DNA of 64,000 bases from a virus (Duplodnaviria > Heunggongvirae > Uroviricota > Caudoviricetes). Positions 1 through 8,651 of this stretch are shown one piece after another. The notes below the pieces were generated by a model that ran no database searches, was not told the DNA's origin, and saw only the letters and a list, made by a program, of their open reading frames with translations. A program made the position numbers and the translations under genes. The first letter of the stretch is position 1, and every line of letters starts with the position of its first letter. The stretch is from IMG/VR virus record IMGVR_UViG_3300029705_006930. One strand, given 5' to 3'.

Positions 1-109
1 TTGTATCTACCCCGCCACAAAATTCATACAGGGCGCAATTTTCACAATTGCAATATTCATCGAACAATATAAGCAATTTCCTCCTTTGCTATATTTTTGT
101 ACTTTAACT

Positions 110-1411
110 CTATATCTCATTTTCAATCTCCTCATCTTCATCGTTATATCGTATCGGACTACCTACGGGAAGCATCTCTAAAAATGCTGCTCCAGGCAAC
201 CAATATTTACTTCCATCATTTGTTCTTTTTGCAACTGAAAAATGTATGTGTGCTATGCGTCCTAAATAATCATCTCTGTGTTCCCAAAATTCTTTGCGTT
301 CTTCATCGCTATATCCAAGAGGCAGCACGACGTTGCTACCTTTATAATCAACTATAAAACTCTGCAGTATATCTTCATTTTCTTTTTTTGTGTAATCAAC
401 TATCATCAAATCTGCTTCATGCATTTGTCTTAGGTATAAGAAACTTTCACTGTTCTGTCGGTATTTATATAAGTCATAATCAAGATTAACTAAAATTCCT
501 GCGTATCCTTTTTCTTTGGCTACTCTGAATGCTTTTAAAATATTTCCTCTGTAACGTCCATTAAATAAAATCGGGGCAAGTTGTATATGTTCGGTAGGTG
601 TAAAATTCGTCTCTAAAAATGTTCGTCGGTCTTTATATATGTTTTTACATGTCTTACGGTTAAATTCTTTCAAAGATAATATGTCATAGATATAAAATAT
701 AATGTCACTTTTATCGCGCTCTGGCAGTCGGACTATCCATCGCTCTTTCATTCGGCGGTCATAAGGGGAGAGGTCTTTTGCATCCTCACCTTTATAAACA
801 AGTTCGCCATCAAATACCACTTCATCAAACGGCAAGTCATTAAATTCCTGCAAGAGTTCATCGAAGCCCTCAAGGACAATGCCGAAGCGTGTATACATTC
901 TTGCTTCGCCACATTCTTTGATAACAGCGCAGCGGGTGCCATTGTACCAACCGGAAACTGTGAACTGTCGCTGACGCACATAGTCTTCGTTACCATAGTA
1001 CAGCCCCGGCATCATCAATGGGATTTCATAAACAGTTCCCGCGCCATATACTGTATTGACCTGTTTGGCTGAAACATTTATTTCAAGGTCTCTCAGCACC
1101 GCATCAATCAAAAAGTCGTGGAGCTCAGCGGGGTAGAGGGTAAGAGAACCATGTATCTTTGCCACAGCTTTTTTATTACCCGCCCCCATATATGTCAGAT
1201 ATTCAAGCAGGTCATCACCTTCGCCTGTCACAAACGGCACAACGTCTTCGGCTGTAATTTCGGACGGCGCCCATTTATCAAAGATAAGGAAACGGCTTAA
1301 CCCAAGACGCGTTTTCCCAAACTGATACAATAAAAAGTCTGTCCACTTGGTATTTGTTGCATTACGGCGCAATATGCGTATTTTTTCATCATAAGATGTT
1401 GTGGCCGCCAA
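110..1411 (-). CDS. ATP-dependent ligase-like nucleotidyltransferase, probably catalytically altered paralog
   Basis: 433-aa ORF. Ligase motifs III (FDGELVY), IIIa (FYIYDIL), IV-like (AGILVN) and V-like (MIVDYTKK) present. Motif I reads SGWYNGTR where the intact ligase at 55427 reads SQKLNGFH, so the adenylated Lys is replaced by Trp. Confidence 0.5.
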   Translation of the reverse strand: MAATTSYDEKIRILRRNATNTKWTDFLLYQFGKTRLGLSRFLIFDKWAPSEITAEDVVPFVTGEGDDLLEYLTYMGAGNKKAVAKIHGSLTLYPAELHDFLIDAVLRDLEINVSAKQVNTVYGAGTVYEIPLMMPGLYYGNEDYVRQRQFTVSGWYNGTRCAVIKECGEARMYTRFGIVLEGFDELLQEFNDLPFDEVVFDGELVYKGEDAKDLSPYDRRMKERWIVRLPERDKSDIIFYIYDILSLKEFNRKTCKNIYKDRRTFLETNFTPTEHIQLAPILFNGRYRGNILKAFRVAKEKGYAGILVNLDYDLYKYRQNSESFLYLRQMHEADLMIVDYTKKENEDILQSFIVDYKGSNVVLPLGYSDEERKEFWEHRDDYLGRIAHIHFSVAKRTNDGSKYWLPGAAFLEMLPVGSPIRYNDEDEEIENEI

Positions 1412-1455
1412 CGCATCTGCAATTTGTTTAATTTCGTGTATTTATATCGCCCCCT

Positions 1456-2382
1456 TTAAAATAATTCATCATCTGATATATCAGCGGAAATCTCTGCGAC
1501 TGCTTTTTGCGCATCAAGATATTCCTTAATTTCTGGCGGTAACTGTGATGTTACATATGTACGTTCATCAACAGTCATATTTCCAAGCTGTTTTTTGAAT
1601 TGATGATAGAATGCATTACAGTATTCCTGCTGCCAACAATAATTAGGCCGCAACAGATTGCTTGTATTGACAAAAATTGTCTTATGATTATGAAAAACAC
1701 CTTGTACAACAGCACTCATTGGTTTACCAAAGAATATCAATCCAAGCTCTTTTAACAATCCACATATTTCAGAAGTTGTTGATGAACTGTTATAACCTAG
1801 CCCATCCGCAATTTCACCTCGTGATATATACGCATAACGAGGTTGTTTTGACTGTGACTTGCGTTCATCTGCTACTTTGCCCTGATATATTAAAAATTTA
1901 ATATAGATATAATGTAACAATAAAGCTCGAAAGCCATATTTTTTGCCGACACCTAAAGACGCCGTCATCAAAGTCATATATTCACCCTGGGTAATAACTC
2001 GAAAGAACACTTTTATATTCTTATCTGTTTGTCCATTAAAAAACACTGGATTAAGACGGACTATTATTGCGGAACGATTGTCCTGAAATTTTGCTGCATT
2101 TAGAATGACATTGTTAGCATAGAAAAAATCAAGTACAGCATTTAAATTTTCAATATGAGCTTTGCGCACACTCTGAGCATGAATCCCGATATAATTGCAT
2201 AATATTTCAGGATTCACAATACTGATATTGCCATGAGTTTTACAAAACTGTAATCCACAAAATACTGTCAAACTGTTTGGTATAGCTAATTCCGCATCAA
2301 TCATCATTTGCGGAATAAATATTTTTAAATCTTTACAATCGTCTTGAATTGCCTCAGATAATATCTTTAATTCTTCTGTCAT
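1456..2382 (-). CDS. hypothetical DNA-binding protein, possible replication initiator (winged-helix-like segment)
   Basis: ORF track 1456..2409 (TTG). Start moved to internal ATG preceded by GAAGGAGGG. Adjacent to iteron-like repeats. No recognisable catalytic motifs. Confidence 0.3.
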   Translation of the reverse strand: MTEELKILSEAIQDDCKDLKIFIPQMMIDAELAIPNSLTVFCGLQFCKTHGNISIVNPEILCNYIGIHAQSVRKAHIENLNAVLDFFYANNVILNAAKFQDNRSAIIVRLNPVFFNGQTDKNIKVFFRVITQGEYMTLMTASLGVGKKYGFRALLLHYIYIKFLIYQGKVADERKSQSKQPRYAYISRGEIADGLGYNSSSTTSEICGLLKELGLIFFGKPMSAVVQGVFHNHKTIFVNTSNLLRPNYCWQQEYCNAFYHQFKKQLGNMTVDERTYVTSQLPPEIKEYLDAQKAVAEISADISDDELF

Positions 2383-2442
2383 AAACCCTCCTTCATTTTT
2401 AGATGTCAAAAATCTGCGCCTGCGTCGAAGATATATATACCT

Positions 2443-2488
2443 ATATAAAGAGATACGTATATAAAGAGAAACCTATATAAAGAGATAC
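2443..2488. repeat. iteron-like tandem direct repeats, 3 x TATATAAAGAGA(T/A)AC
   Basis: Three contiguous 15-bp copies starting 2443, 2458, 2474, preceded by ATATATATAC and followed by an A/T tract and a GT-rich tract. Located between the Rep-like and integrase genes. Confidence 0.6.
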
Positions 2489-2620
2489 GATACTCATATT
2501 TTTTATAAATAAAAAATATTCGTCCTGTGCCGTTGTGTTGTTGTTTGTTGCGTCGTGTTTTTTGCCGTTGTCACTGTGCCTTGTATGGTTACTGTGGGCT
2601 TTGTCTGTGTTCCTGTGTGC

Positions 2621-3442
2621 CTACCCATTTAATGCGCTGTCAATACTGTCCGCCATCGCATTAATTTCGCCCTGTGTTATTGTAAGGTATGTTTTTGTTA
2701 CGCGCTGGTCACTGTGCTTGTACTTTGCCTGCAAGATGTCCATAACACTGTCGTTGTTCATTGTTTTGCGCGCTGTGTATCCGTATGTTTTGCGCAGTGT
2801 ATGTGTTGCCACGTTCTGTGTGAGGCCCGCCGCCTTTGCACCTTTCTTTAAAATGTCCCACATTTGGTGCAGGCTCATTTGCCCGCCATTGTCACTTTTC
2901 TGGGACTTGATAAGGTAGTCGCTCATTGTATAGTTGCCGTTGAGATGTTCAATGTACATTTCAATGGCTTTTTTTGCGCCCGCTGTTATTTTGTTGCGAT
3001 TGTACTTGCCGGTCTTTTGTTCGTACACATCATAGTAATCTTTTACTGTACCATCCTCATTGAGAACGTCACTGATGCGCGCTCTGAGCAGGTCACTGCC
3101 TCTGTCCCCAATGGTGCAGCCAAACACTACCATCATATAATTGCGGTACTTGTGTCGGCCCCCATGTTCAAGGAAGTAGTTTGCGAGACGCTGAAATTCG
3201 TCCGCGCTGTAAAGAGGCTCTGCACTCTGTGCCTTTTTCACGCCATTGCTTTTGTAAGGCGACGCTGTTCTTGGTGCACGCTGTTTTGGCGCTGGCTTTG
3301 CTGCGGCCATTGCCTGAGCCACTGCATTTGCTATGATGCTCTGGAGCTCGTCCTGTGTCATTTGGAGCTTTGGTGCTGCCGCCTGTGCAGGAAAGTTGAT
3401 TGTATTATTCTGTACGTTTTGTTCTTTTGGCTGAGCGTTCAT
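2621..3442 (-). CDS. tyrosine-type site-specific recombinase (integrase-like)
   Basis: GDRGSDLLRARISDV Arg box; KTGKYNRNK beta-hairpin Lys; HTLRKTYGY (H-x-x-R); KHSD...TKTYL catalytic Tyr region. N-terminal ~60 aa is A/P/Q-rich. Confidence 0.6.
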   Translation of the reverse strand: MNAQPKEQNVQNNTINFPAQAAAPKLQMTQDELQSIIANAVAQAMAAAKPAPKQRAPRTASPYKSNGVKKAQSAEPLYSADEFQRLANYFLEHGGRHKYRNYMMVVFGCTIGDRGSDLLRARISDVLNEDGTVKDYYDVYEQKTGKYNRNKITAGAKKAIEMYIEHLNGNYTMSDYLIKSQKSDNGGQMSLHQMWDILKKGAKAAGLTQNVATHTLRKTYGYTARKTMNNDSVMDILQAKYKHSDQRVTKTYLTITQGEINAMADSIDSALNG

Positions 3443-3599
3443 AGGTGCCTCCTTGTTTGGATTTTTGTTTCCTCTTTTATTGTCTATATTATACCATGAG
3501 AGGGGCTCTTTGATAACGGGGTTTTTGAAAAAACCAAAGAACTTTTTTAAATTTTTTGTGGCGCTTTATATATGTTAATGTATATAAGGAAAGGTTGAT

Positions 3600-4240
3600 G
3601 CGGTTGTTGCGGGGCAGTGTGATTTGGCGCAAAATTAGGCGATTTTTAGGGTGTTTGCAATTGTGTAAGGTCTGGTGTTGGAAATTTGGAAAGGTGTCTT
3701 AATGCCTGAATTTGAGGCTCTGGTGGGGTTATTCTATCACAGTGCTGACGCACTGTGGCGTCGCTGTGCTCCTTTATCTTATCAACGATGAAATGTTTGT
3801 TATTATGTTGCGCGAGAGAGGGTGTGGGGCGCGAAATTTGGGGGCCGGAGAGGTGGGAGGCGCGGTTTTGGGGCGAAATTGGGGCCCGGGTGGCCGGGGC
3901 TAAAATGGGCGTTTCCGGGGGTGTTTTGAGGGGTGTTTGGATAAGTTGCACAAAAATAGAAAAGCCACAGCCGGCTCTGTATGGGGCTAGCTGTGGTTCT
4001 TGTTGTTTATGGGCGTGATTTTGTTGTTTTTATAGTGTTTTGTGGCAAAAATGGTGAAAAAATGTGTAAAAAGGCGCGAAAATGCGTCAAAATGTGTGAT
4101 TTTTGATGATTTTTGGGTGGATTTGGTGTGGAATCAGGGCGAAATGGTGTGGAATGTTGTGTTTGGAGGGTGTTGTGGGGGTGAAAAGTGGACAAATATT
4201 GCTTTTTATGAGCCGAGAGTGAGATATAGCGACGCGTAGC
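3600..4240. repeat. G+T-skewed repeat-rich non-coding region with GCGAAAT(T)-GGGG direct repeats and many G4-G5 runs
   Basis: Top strand nearly C-free over long stretches. Repeats GCGCGAAATTTGGGGGCCGG (~3830), GGCGAAATTGGGGCCCGG (~3871), GGGCGAAATGGTGTGG (~4137), GCGCGAAAATGCG (~4075). ORFs inside are low-complexity. Confidence 0.4.
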
Positions 4241-4359
4241 TTATTATATACATTAAATCTGTCGCAAAGTCAAAATATCCCCCTACGGCAGTTTAAACCG
4301 CTTTATATCGGTAAATATCAACCTTTGTGAAAAGTTGATATTTTTTGTACAAAATTTTT

Positions 4360-4376
4360 CGATTTTTCAAAAATCG
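4360..4376. promoter_or_regulatory. perfect palindrome CGATTTTTCAAAAATCG (candidate operator); adjacent TTGTACAA palindrome at ~4345
   Basis: 8-bp arms around a single C, 15 bp upstream of the -35 box of the 4391 promoter. Confidence 0.35.
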
Positions 4377-4390
4377 GACGCTTGTTGCTA

Positions 4391-4419
4391 TTGACAATCT
4401 GTCGCTCAGGATTTACAAT
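4391..4419 (+). promoter_or_regulatory. sigma-70-type promoter TTGACA-N17-TACAAT
   Basis: Consensus -35 TTGACA (4391-4396), 17-nt spacer, -10 TACAAT (4414-4419). Drives rightward transcription towards the 4546 gene. Confidence 0.55.
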
Positions 4420-4424
4420 TTTAA

Positions 4425-4446
4425 GTGTAAACCGACAAGTTTACAC
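4425..4446. promoter_or_regulatory. palindromic operator-like site GTGTAAAC-N6-GTTTACAC
   Basis: Perfect 8-bp inverted arms immediately downstream of the -10 box, overlapping the predicted transcription start. Confidence 0.4.
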
Positions 4447-4545
4447 CTACAATTCAATATATCTGTTGTGATTGTTCAAAGGGGGGTACAGATACACAAT
4501 CACAAAATCACACACTATTCAATATTTAAAGGAAGGTATTTATCT

Positions 4546-5241
4546 ATGAAAAAACTCACAAGAAAACAGCTTAAAGCAATAAAAAACACATCAAGCTACA
4601 AATATTTTGAACAATTGAAAACCCTTAAAGGCTCAATGCCGGCAGACAGCAAAAAAACCTATATAGAGCCAAATTCAGACCTTGAAAAATTCGCAAAATT
4701 GCAAGTTATGACCTTAAACAAATATATCCGCCAAGACGGCAAGGGACACAACTTGGCAGCACAAGTTTTGCAAGATTTACAACAGCAAGCTTGTTTGCTT
4801 ATTCTGGAAAACCCTTTAAGCCTTGACTGCTTTACAACAGAACAAGATAAACAGACAGAACAACAGCAACAAGCATTTAAGGCGGTTAAAAATGGTTTAT
4901 ATAGGTATTATTATCACAACTATACAAGCCGCAGCACATCTAAAATTCACAATAACCCGTCAAGTTACATTGCAACAGCTACATATCAAGCAACCGACGA
5001 TATCGGCAAAGATGCACGCGACAGCTATCAAATGGACCTTTACAAATTACATCTGGATGCAATTTTGACAATTTTAACAACGGATGAAAAATACATCTTT
5101 AATGGTTTATTTGTTGAAAACTTAACACAAAAACAACTTGCCGAAAAACTCAATAAATCACAAACTTATGTAGCAAAAACACTTGCAAATATCCGTAGCA
5201 AAATCAAAGCAAATGACCTTGATACACCGATAAACAATTAA
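4546..5241 (+). CDS. sigma-70 region-4-like HTH protein (putative phage sigma factor or transcription regulator)
   Basis: ATG at 4546 with AAAGGAAGG RBS. C-terminal LTTDEKYIFNGLFVENLTQKQLAEKLNKSQTYVAKTLANIRSKIK matches sigma-70 region 4 architecture. Confidence 0.5.
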   Translation: MKKLTRKQLKAIKNTSSYKYFEQLKTLKGSMPADSKKTYIEPNSDLEKFAKLQVMTLNKYIRQDGKGHNLAAQVLQDLQQQACLLILENPLSLDCFTTEQDKQTEQQQQAFKAVKNGLYRYYYHNYTSRSTSKIHNNPSSYIATATYQATDDIGKDARDSYQMDLYKLHLDAILTILTTDEKYIFNGLFVENLTQKQLAEKLNKSQTYVAKTLANIRSKIKANDLDTPINN

Positions 5242-5254
5242 ACCATTATATAAA

Positions 5255-5286
5255 AGGCGGTCACATTTGTGACCGCTTTTTTGTTG
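5255..5286 (+). terminator. rho-independent terminator
   Basis: GCGGTCACA-TTTG-TGTGACCGC hairpin followed by TTTTTTGTTG, 14 nt after the stop of the 4546 gene. Confidence 0.6.
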
Positions 5287-6053
5287 TTCAGGTTATCAAA
5301 AAACATATAAATTATGTACAATTGTTGTAAAATATGGATAAATAAACCATTTTAAACTTTTTGGTAATATTTTTGAGTTTTCATTCAATATATATGCGAC
5401 AGCTAATAGCGGTTAGCGGTTAGGGTGTTAAGCCTTGCCCGCTTGACCGCTTTTTGTCTGTCTGTTTTGCTATGCTTAATTTGTAAGTATAGGACAGGAC
5501 AACCTACCAAGTAGGGACAGCCCAAACGCACAATGTTAGCGTGTTTTGGTTGAAAAAATTTCGGTTTTTTCTTACCTATTGATTGTGTCCCTTTAAAAAA
5601 GGACAGCGGTTCACTCCGCAAGCAAGCCGTCGAGAGATAGTAGATGTTGACACCCTCTTATAAACTGCAAGTAAGGTAGTAAAACAAAAGCCGTAAACGG
5701 CTTGGCTCTTTAAGGTGCCGTTTAGCTAACGGATAAGCGGAAATTGTTCAAAAAAATAATTTTTGTTTGTGAGCGGTTCATTGTGAATATCCAAGGATGT
5801 ACACAACCAAAATGAATTGCCGTCATTACATCTTAGGATGTAAAGGTGGTTACGCAAACGAACAAAAACGAAATTTTCAACAAGAGTATGTGAGAATGTT
5901 TACGATATTTCCAAAGCCGACAGTGAAATGATATATCTGTCGGCTTTTCTTGTAAGCGAATAAGCTCAATAAAAAGTTTGTTCTCTTACAAGATTGTACA
6001 CTCGGTACAGTCTCATTGTAAACATACGCTACATATTCCAAGGAGTAACAATT

Positions 6054-6920
6054 ATGAAACTTAACGAAAAGAAAAACGAAATTTTGTCCGCTATTTCCGC
6101 ACTTAACAAGTTGCTTGTAAACAACGAAAGCAAAAAAGCCGATATCGACAAGGCTCTTGAAAACATCCAGAGCGAAATCAAAGCCTACAATGCCGAAAGA
6201 ACAAGGCTCACTTTTGTTGGGTTGGCTCAGACTGATGAACCTGTTAAAAACGCAATCATTCAGTTGAATTTTGACATCATCAAACTGAAAACAAACAAAG
6301 ACAAGGACACAGATAAAGTGTCATATGAACTTGTAAATGCGAAAAAACAAATCGAATTGCTTGAATTTTCAAAGTATCTCGGTAAAGCAAGTTTTGCAGA
6401 CGAAAACTGGAAATACAAAGTGGAAAAATTCAATCAGCTTATCACATTCAAAGCGGTAAAAGATTTGAATGGCGATATGAACACAATCGCAAAAAGTTTC
6501 TACATCAGCAAACTTGCTGAAAGTGTTGATTTGGGCAAAACACCAACATCAAACACACAGGTTCTCAAACAGTTGCAGACTGTTGTGGACGCAATCATTC
6601 ACGAAAACAAAAGCGAGAATGATGACACAAACAAATTCAAAGTACTGTCTCACGATGTTGCATACATCGTAAAATTGATGTGTAAACGTGCCGACAGCGG
6701 AAAAATCGTAATGCCAAAAGTTTCCTCAATGCACACATTGGTGATGGATGTACTTCACCGTATTGTATGCGACCTCGATTACAAAATCGAATATTCCAAG
6801 AAAAAGGAAGAAGAAACTGCACAGGCTGAAGCCGAAAATGAAATCGAAGCAGCTCAGGAAGAACCAAAAGCTGTAGATGAAAATGCTGAAGAAAAAACAG
6901 CAAAACCAAAAGCGAAATAA
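6054..6920 (+). CDS. hypothetical protein with Lys/Glu/Ala-rich C-terminal tail
   Basis: AAGGAG RBS 8 nt upstream. 288 aa with coiled-coil-like body and KKKEEETAQAEAENEIEAAQEEPKAVDENAEEKTAKPKAK tail. Confidence 0.5.
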   Translation: MKLNEKKNEILSAISALNKLLVNNESKKADIDKALENIQSEIKAYNAERTRLTFVGLAQTDEPVKNAIIQLNFDIIKLKTNKDKDTDKVSYELVNAKKQIELLEFSKYLGKASFADENWKYKVEKFNQLITFKAVKDLNGDMNTIAKSFYISKLAESVDLGKTPTSNTQVLKQLQTVVDAIIHENKSENDDTNKFKVLSHDVAYIVKLMCKRADSGKIVMPKVSSMHTLVMDVLHRIVCDLDYKIEYSKKKEEETAQAEAENEIEAAQEEPKAVDENAEEKTAKPKAK

Positions 6921-6964
6921 TCGAAAACAAAAATCAAAAATGAATTCAAATCAAAGCTGAATGT

Positions 6965-7018
6965 GTCACAGCGGGCAAAAGCTCGCTGTGTATCATTGAG
7001 CTTTTATTTTTTAAGGCA
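6965..7018 (+). terminator. possible terminator hairpins after 6054 gene
   Basis: CACAGCGGGCAAAAGCTCGCTGTG hairpin, then AAGCTC...GAGCTT stem followed by TTATTTTTT. Confidence 0.3.
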
Positions 7019-7075
7019 CATCATAGACGCATATGGTGAGCGAAAATGGTTCAAAAAAATTTTTGGAGGTCAAAA

Positions 7076-7243
7076 ATGAAATCATCTTATAAACGCAAAC
7101 TGCGTAAACAAAAACGAGCTGGTTTATTTGCATTTGTTGCTGGCACAATCGGCAGCATCCTTGTAAGCAACTGGTTTGTCGCAATGCTTTTTTATCCATT
7201 GGCTTGGATATTGTTAACCACAAAGGAAATCATTTGGGAGTAA
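7076..7243 (+). CDS. small membrane protein (basic N-terminus, one TM helix)
   Basis: Internal ATG preceded by GGAGG; protein MKSSYKRKLRKQKRAGLFAFVAGTIGSILVSNWFVAMLF... Confidence 0.4.
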   Translation: MKSSYKRKLRKQKRAGLFAFVAGTIGSILVSNWFVAMLFYPLAWILLTTKEIIWE

Positions 7244-7302
7244 AATGATTTGCAAATCTCTCTCATATATGATAAAATCTAAAACGAAAGGGGGAGATAA
7301 AA

Positions 7303-7845
7303 ATGTACAACGAAAATGAAAAACCATTGGGAATGTCCGATGAAGAATGGGACGAATTAAACAAGCAAGCCTTCTTTCAGCAATGTCCTGACGAAGTAAA
7401 AGAAATTATCCGTAAACAAGGCATAAATCTTACCGATGAAGAACATGAACAAATATGGCAAGATTTACCAAAGTATTTTGCACATCTGCGCAAAGAACAT
7501 AAAAAGAAAAAAATCATAACTATGTTTACACCAGATGGTTTAAATAAAATTTCGCAGTGCATTAGCATTATAAAAACCATAGGTACTCTAATCAATGAGG
7601 ATGTAAAGATTGAACTTGCTCCAATTGAAACAATTTATCGAGCAAACCAAACAGTTTCTCAATTGATTATCGTAGTAATAAACGAAATTAAGTTTGGACA
7701 AGAAGTTGTAGATGGCAAATGTGGCAATTTATTGTCACAGCTCAATGAAATTGCGGATGTAATTAGTTTGTCCACTGATTATAGTGGAGAAAATATTTCA
7801 ATGCACATTTATATAAACGATGCAGTTGTTGTAAAGGAAATATAA
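7303..7845 (+). CDS. hypothetical protein
   Basis: AAAGGGGGAG RBS; 180-aa ORF with no recognised motif. Confidence 0.5.
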   Translation: MYNENEKPLGMSDEEWDELNKQAFFQQCPDEVKEIIRKQGINLTDEEHEQIWQDLPKYFAHLRKEHKKKKIITMFTPDGLNKISQCISIIKTIGTLINEDVKIELAPIETIYRANQTVSQLIIVVINEIKFGQEVVDGKCGNLLSQLNEIADVISLSTDYSGENISMHIYINDAVVVKEI

Positions 7846-7846
7846 A

Positions 7847-8071
7847 ATGGAATACGCAGATTTGATAAACAATTTAATTGCATATCGAAAAAGTCAGAAT
7901 ATTACAACTGTCGAACTTGCTCAAAAAATGAATGTAAGTCGACAATCAGTATATAATATTGAAACTTTGAAAAAAGCTGCACCAGATGAAACTTTGCAAA
8001 AAATGTGTCAAGCATTAAATTTGGAACTTGAAATTGTCCCAAAGCAATACAACATCAAATCCCAAAAATGA
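7847..8071 (+). CDS. XRE-family HTH transcriptional regulator
   Basis: ITTVELAQKMNVSRQSVYNIE helix-turn-helix pattern; 74 aa; start codon 2 nt after upstream stop. Confidence 0.6.
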   Translation: MEYADLINNLIAYRKSQNITTVELAQKMNVSRQSVYNIETLKKAAPDETLQKMCQALNLELEIVPKQYNIKSQK

Positions 8072-8093
8072 ATTTAATTCCAACAACAAGAAA

Positions 8094-8123
8094 AGCTCAC
8101 GGCTCAGGCTGTGGGCTTTTTTG
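8094..8123 (+). terminator. rho-independent terminator
   Basis: AGCTCACGGC-TCAG-GCTGTGGGCT stem (10 bp with 2 G-U) followed by TTTTTTGG. Confidence 0.5.
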
Positions 8124-8261
8124 GTTGCTGTAACAACCACAATGAAAACATCTCATTGAGCCATTAGGGTAAACTGCGACCTCTTTTGACCTCCTGTGTC
8201 GCAGTTCTCCTCAGTGCCTCAAGAATTTTTTCATATTTACTACCTCTTTCGTAATTGATTG

Positions 8262-8300
8262 GAGAGCCTATGACTACGGTTGTAGGCTCTCTTGTTTATT
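8262..8300 (+). terminator. hairpin with U-tract (possible terminator or sRNA 3' end)
   Basis: GAGAGCCT...AGGCTCTC 8-bp stem followed by TTGTTTATT. A third hairpin CTGCGAC...GTCGCAG sits at ~8171-8205 in the same 270-bp gap. Confidence 0.4.
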
Positions 8301-8342
8301 ACGAACACACACACTACATCAACGCGAAAGGAGAATAAAAAA

Positions 8343-8639
8343 ATGAAACCAAAGCGTCTTAAAGCGCGCATCAGCTACGAGTCCGCAGCCGGTGTGCCAG
8401 TAACTTTTGACCGCAAAAATCTCAAAGCTTGGATAGACTTTGAAAATGAAACCTTTACATATACCATTCTTGAAGACGGTGACGTTATAGTGCCGGCTGA
8501 TTTCGGCAAAGACCACGACTACATCAGTGTGCTCACAGGGCAGGTATATGTTTTGGTGCACGAAGTAATTTGGAAACCAGGTGAAGAAATGCCACACGCA
8601 AGACTTATCGGCTATGCAACCGATTGGCAGTACATTTAA
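8343..8639 (+). CDS. hypothetical protein
   Basis: Internal ATG with GAAAGGAGAATAAAAAAATG RBS; 98 aa. Confidence 0.45.
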   Translation: MKPKRLKARISYESAAGVPVTFDRKNLKAWIDFENETFTYTILEDGDVIVPADFGKDHDYISVLTGQVYVLVHEVIWKPGEEMPHARLIGYATDWQYI

Positions 8640-8651
8640 AGGGAGAAAACT

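Noticed and set aside
3646-4239. ORFs predicted in the G-rich region (3646..3951 minus Pro-rich; 3712..3903, 3755..4018, 4042..4239 plus Gly/Trp-rich)
   Set aside because: Low-complexity translations are a direct consequence of G/T or C/A skew. No RBS was found and the region is repeat-built, so it is treated as non-coding.
5403-5621. 72-aa minus-strand ORF in the hairpin-rich intergenic region
   Set aside because: No RBS; the reading frame runs through several stem-loops; likely non-coding RNA territory.
5286-6053. tRNA genes in long intergenic regions (5286-6053, 8072-8342, 16175-16504, 17861-18797)
   Set aside because: Scanned by eye for 7-bp acceptor stems with GTTCRA T-loops. AGTTCAAA at 16386 and GTTCAGATG at 18581 lack matching acceptor/D-arm context, so no cloverleaf is convincing.
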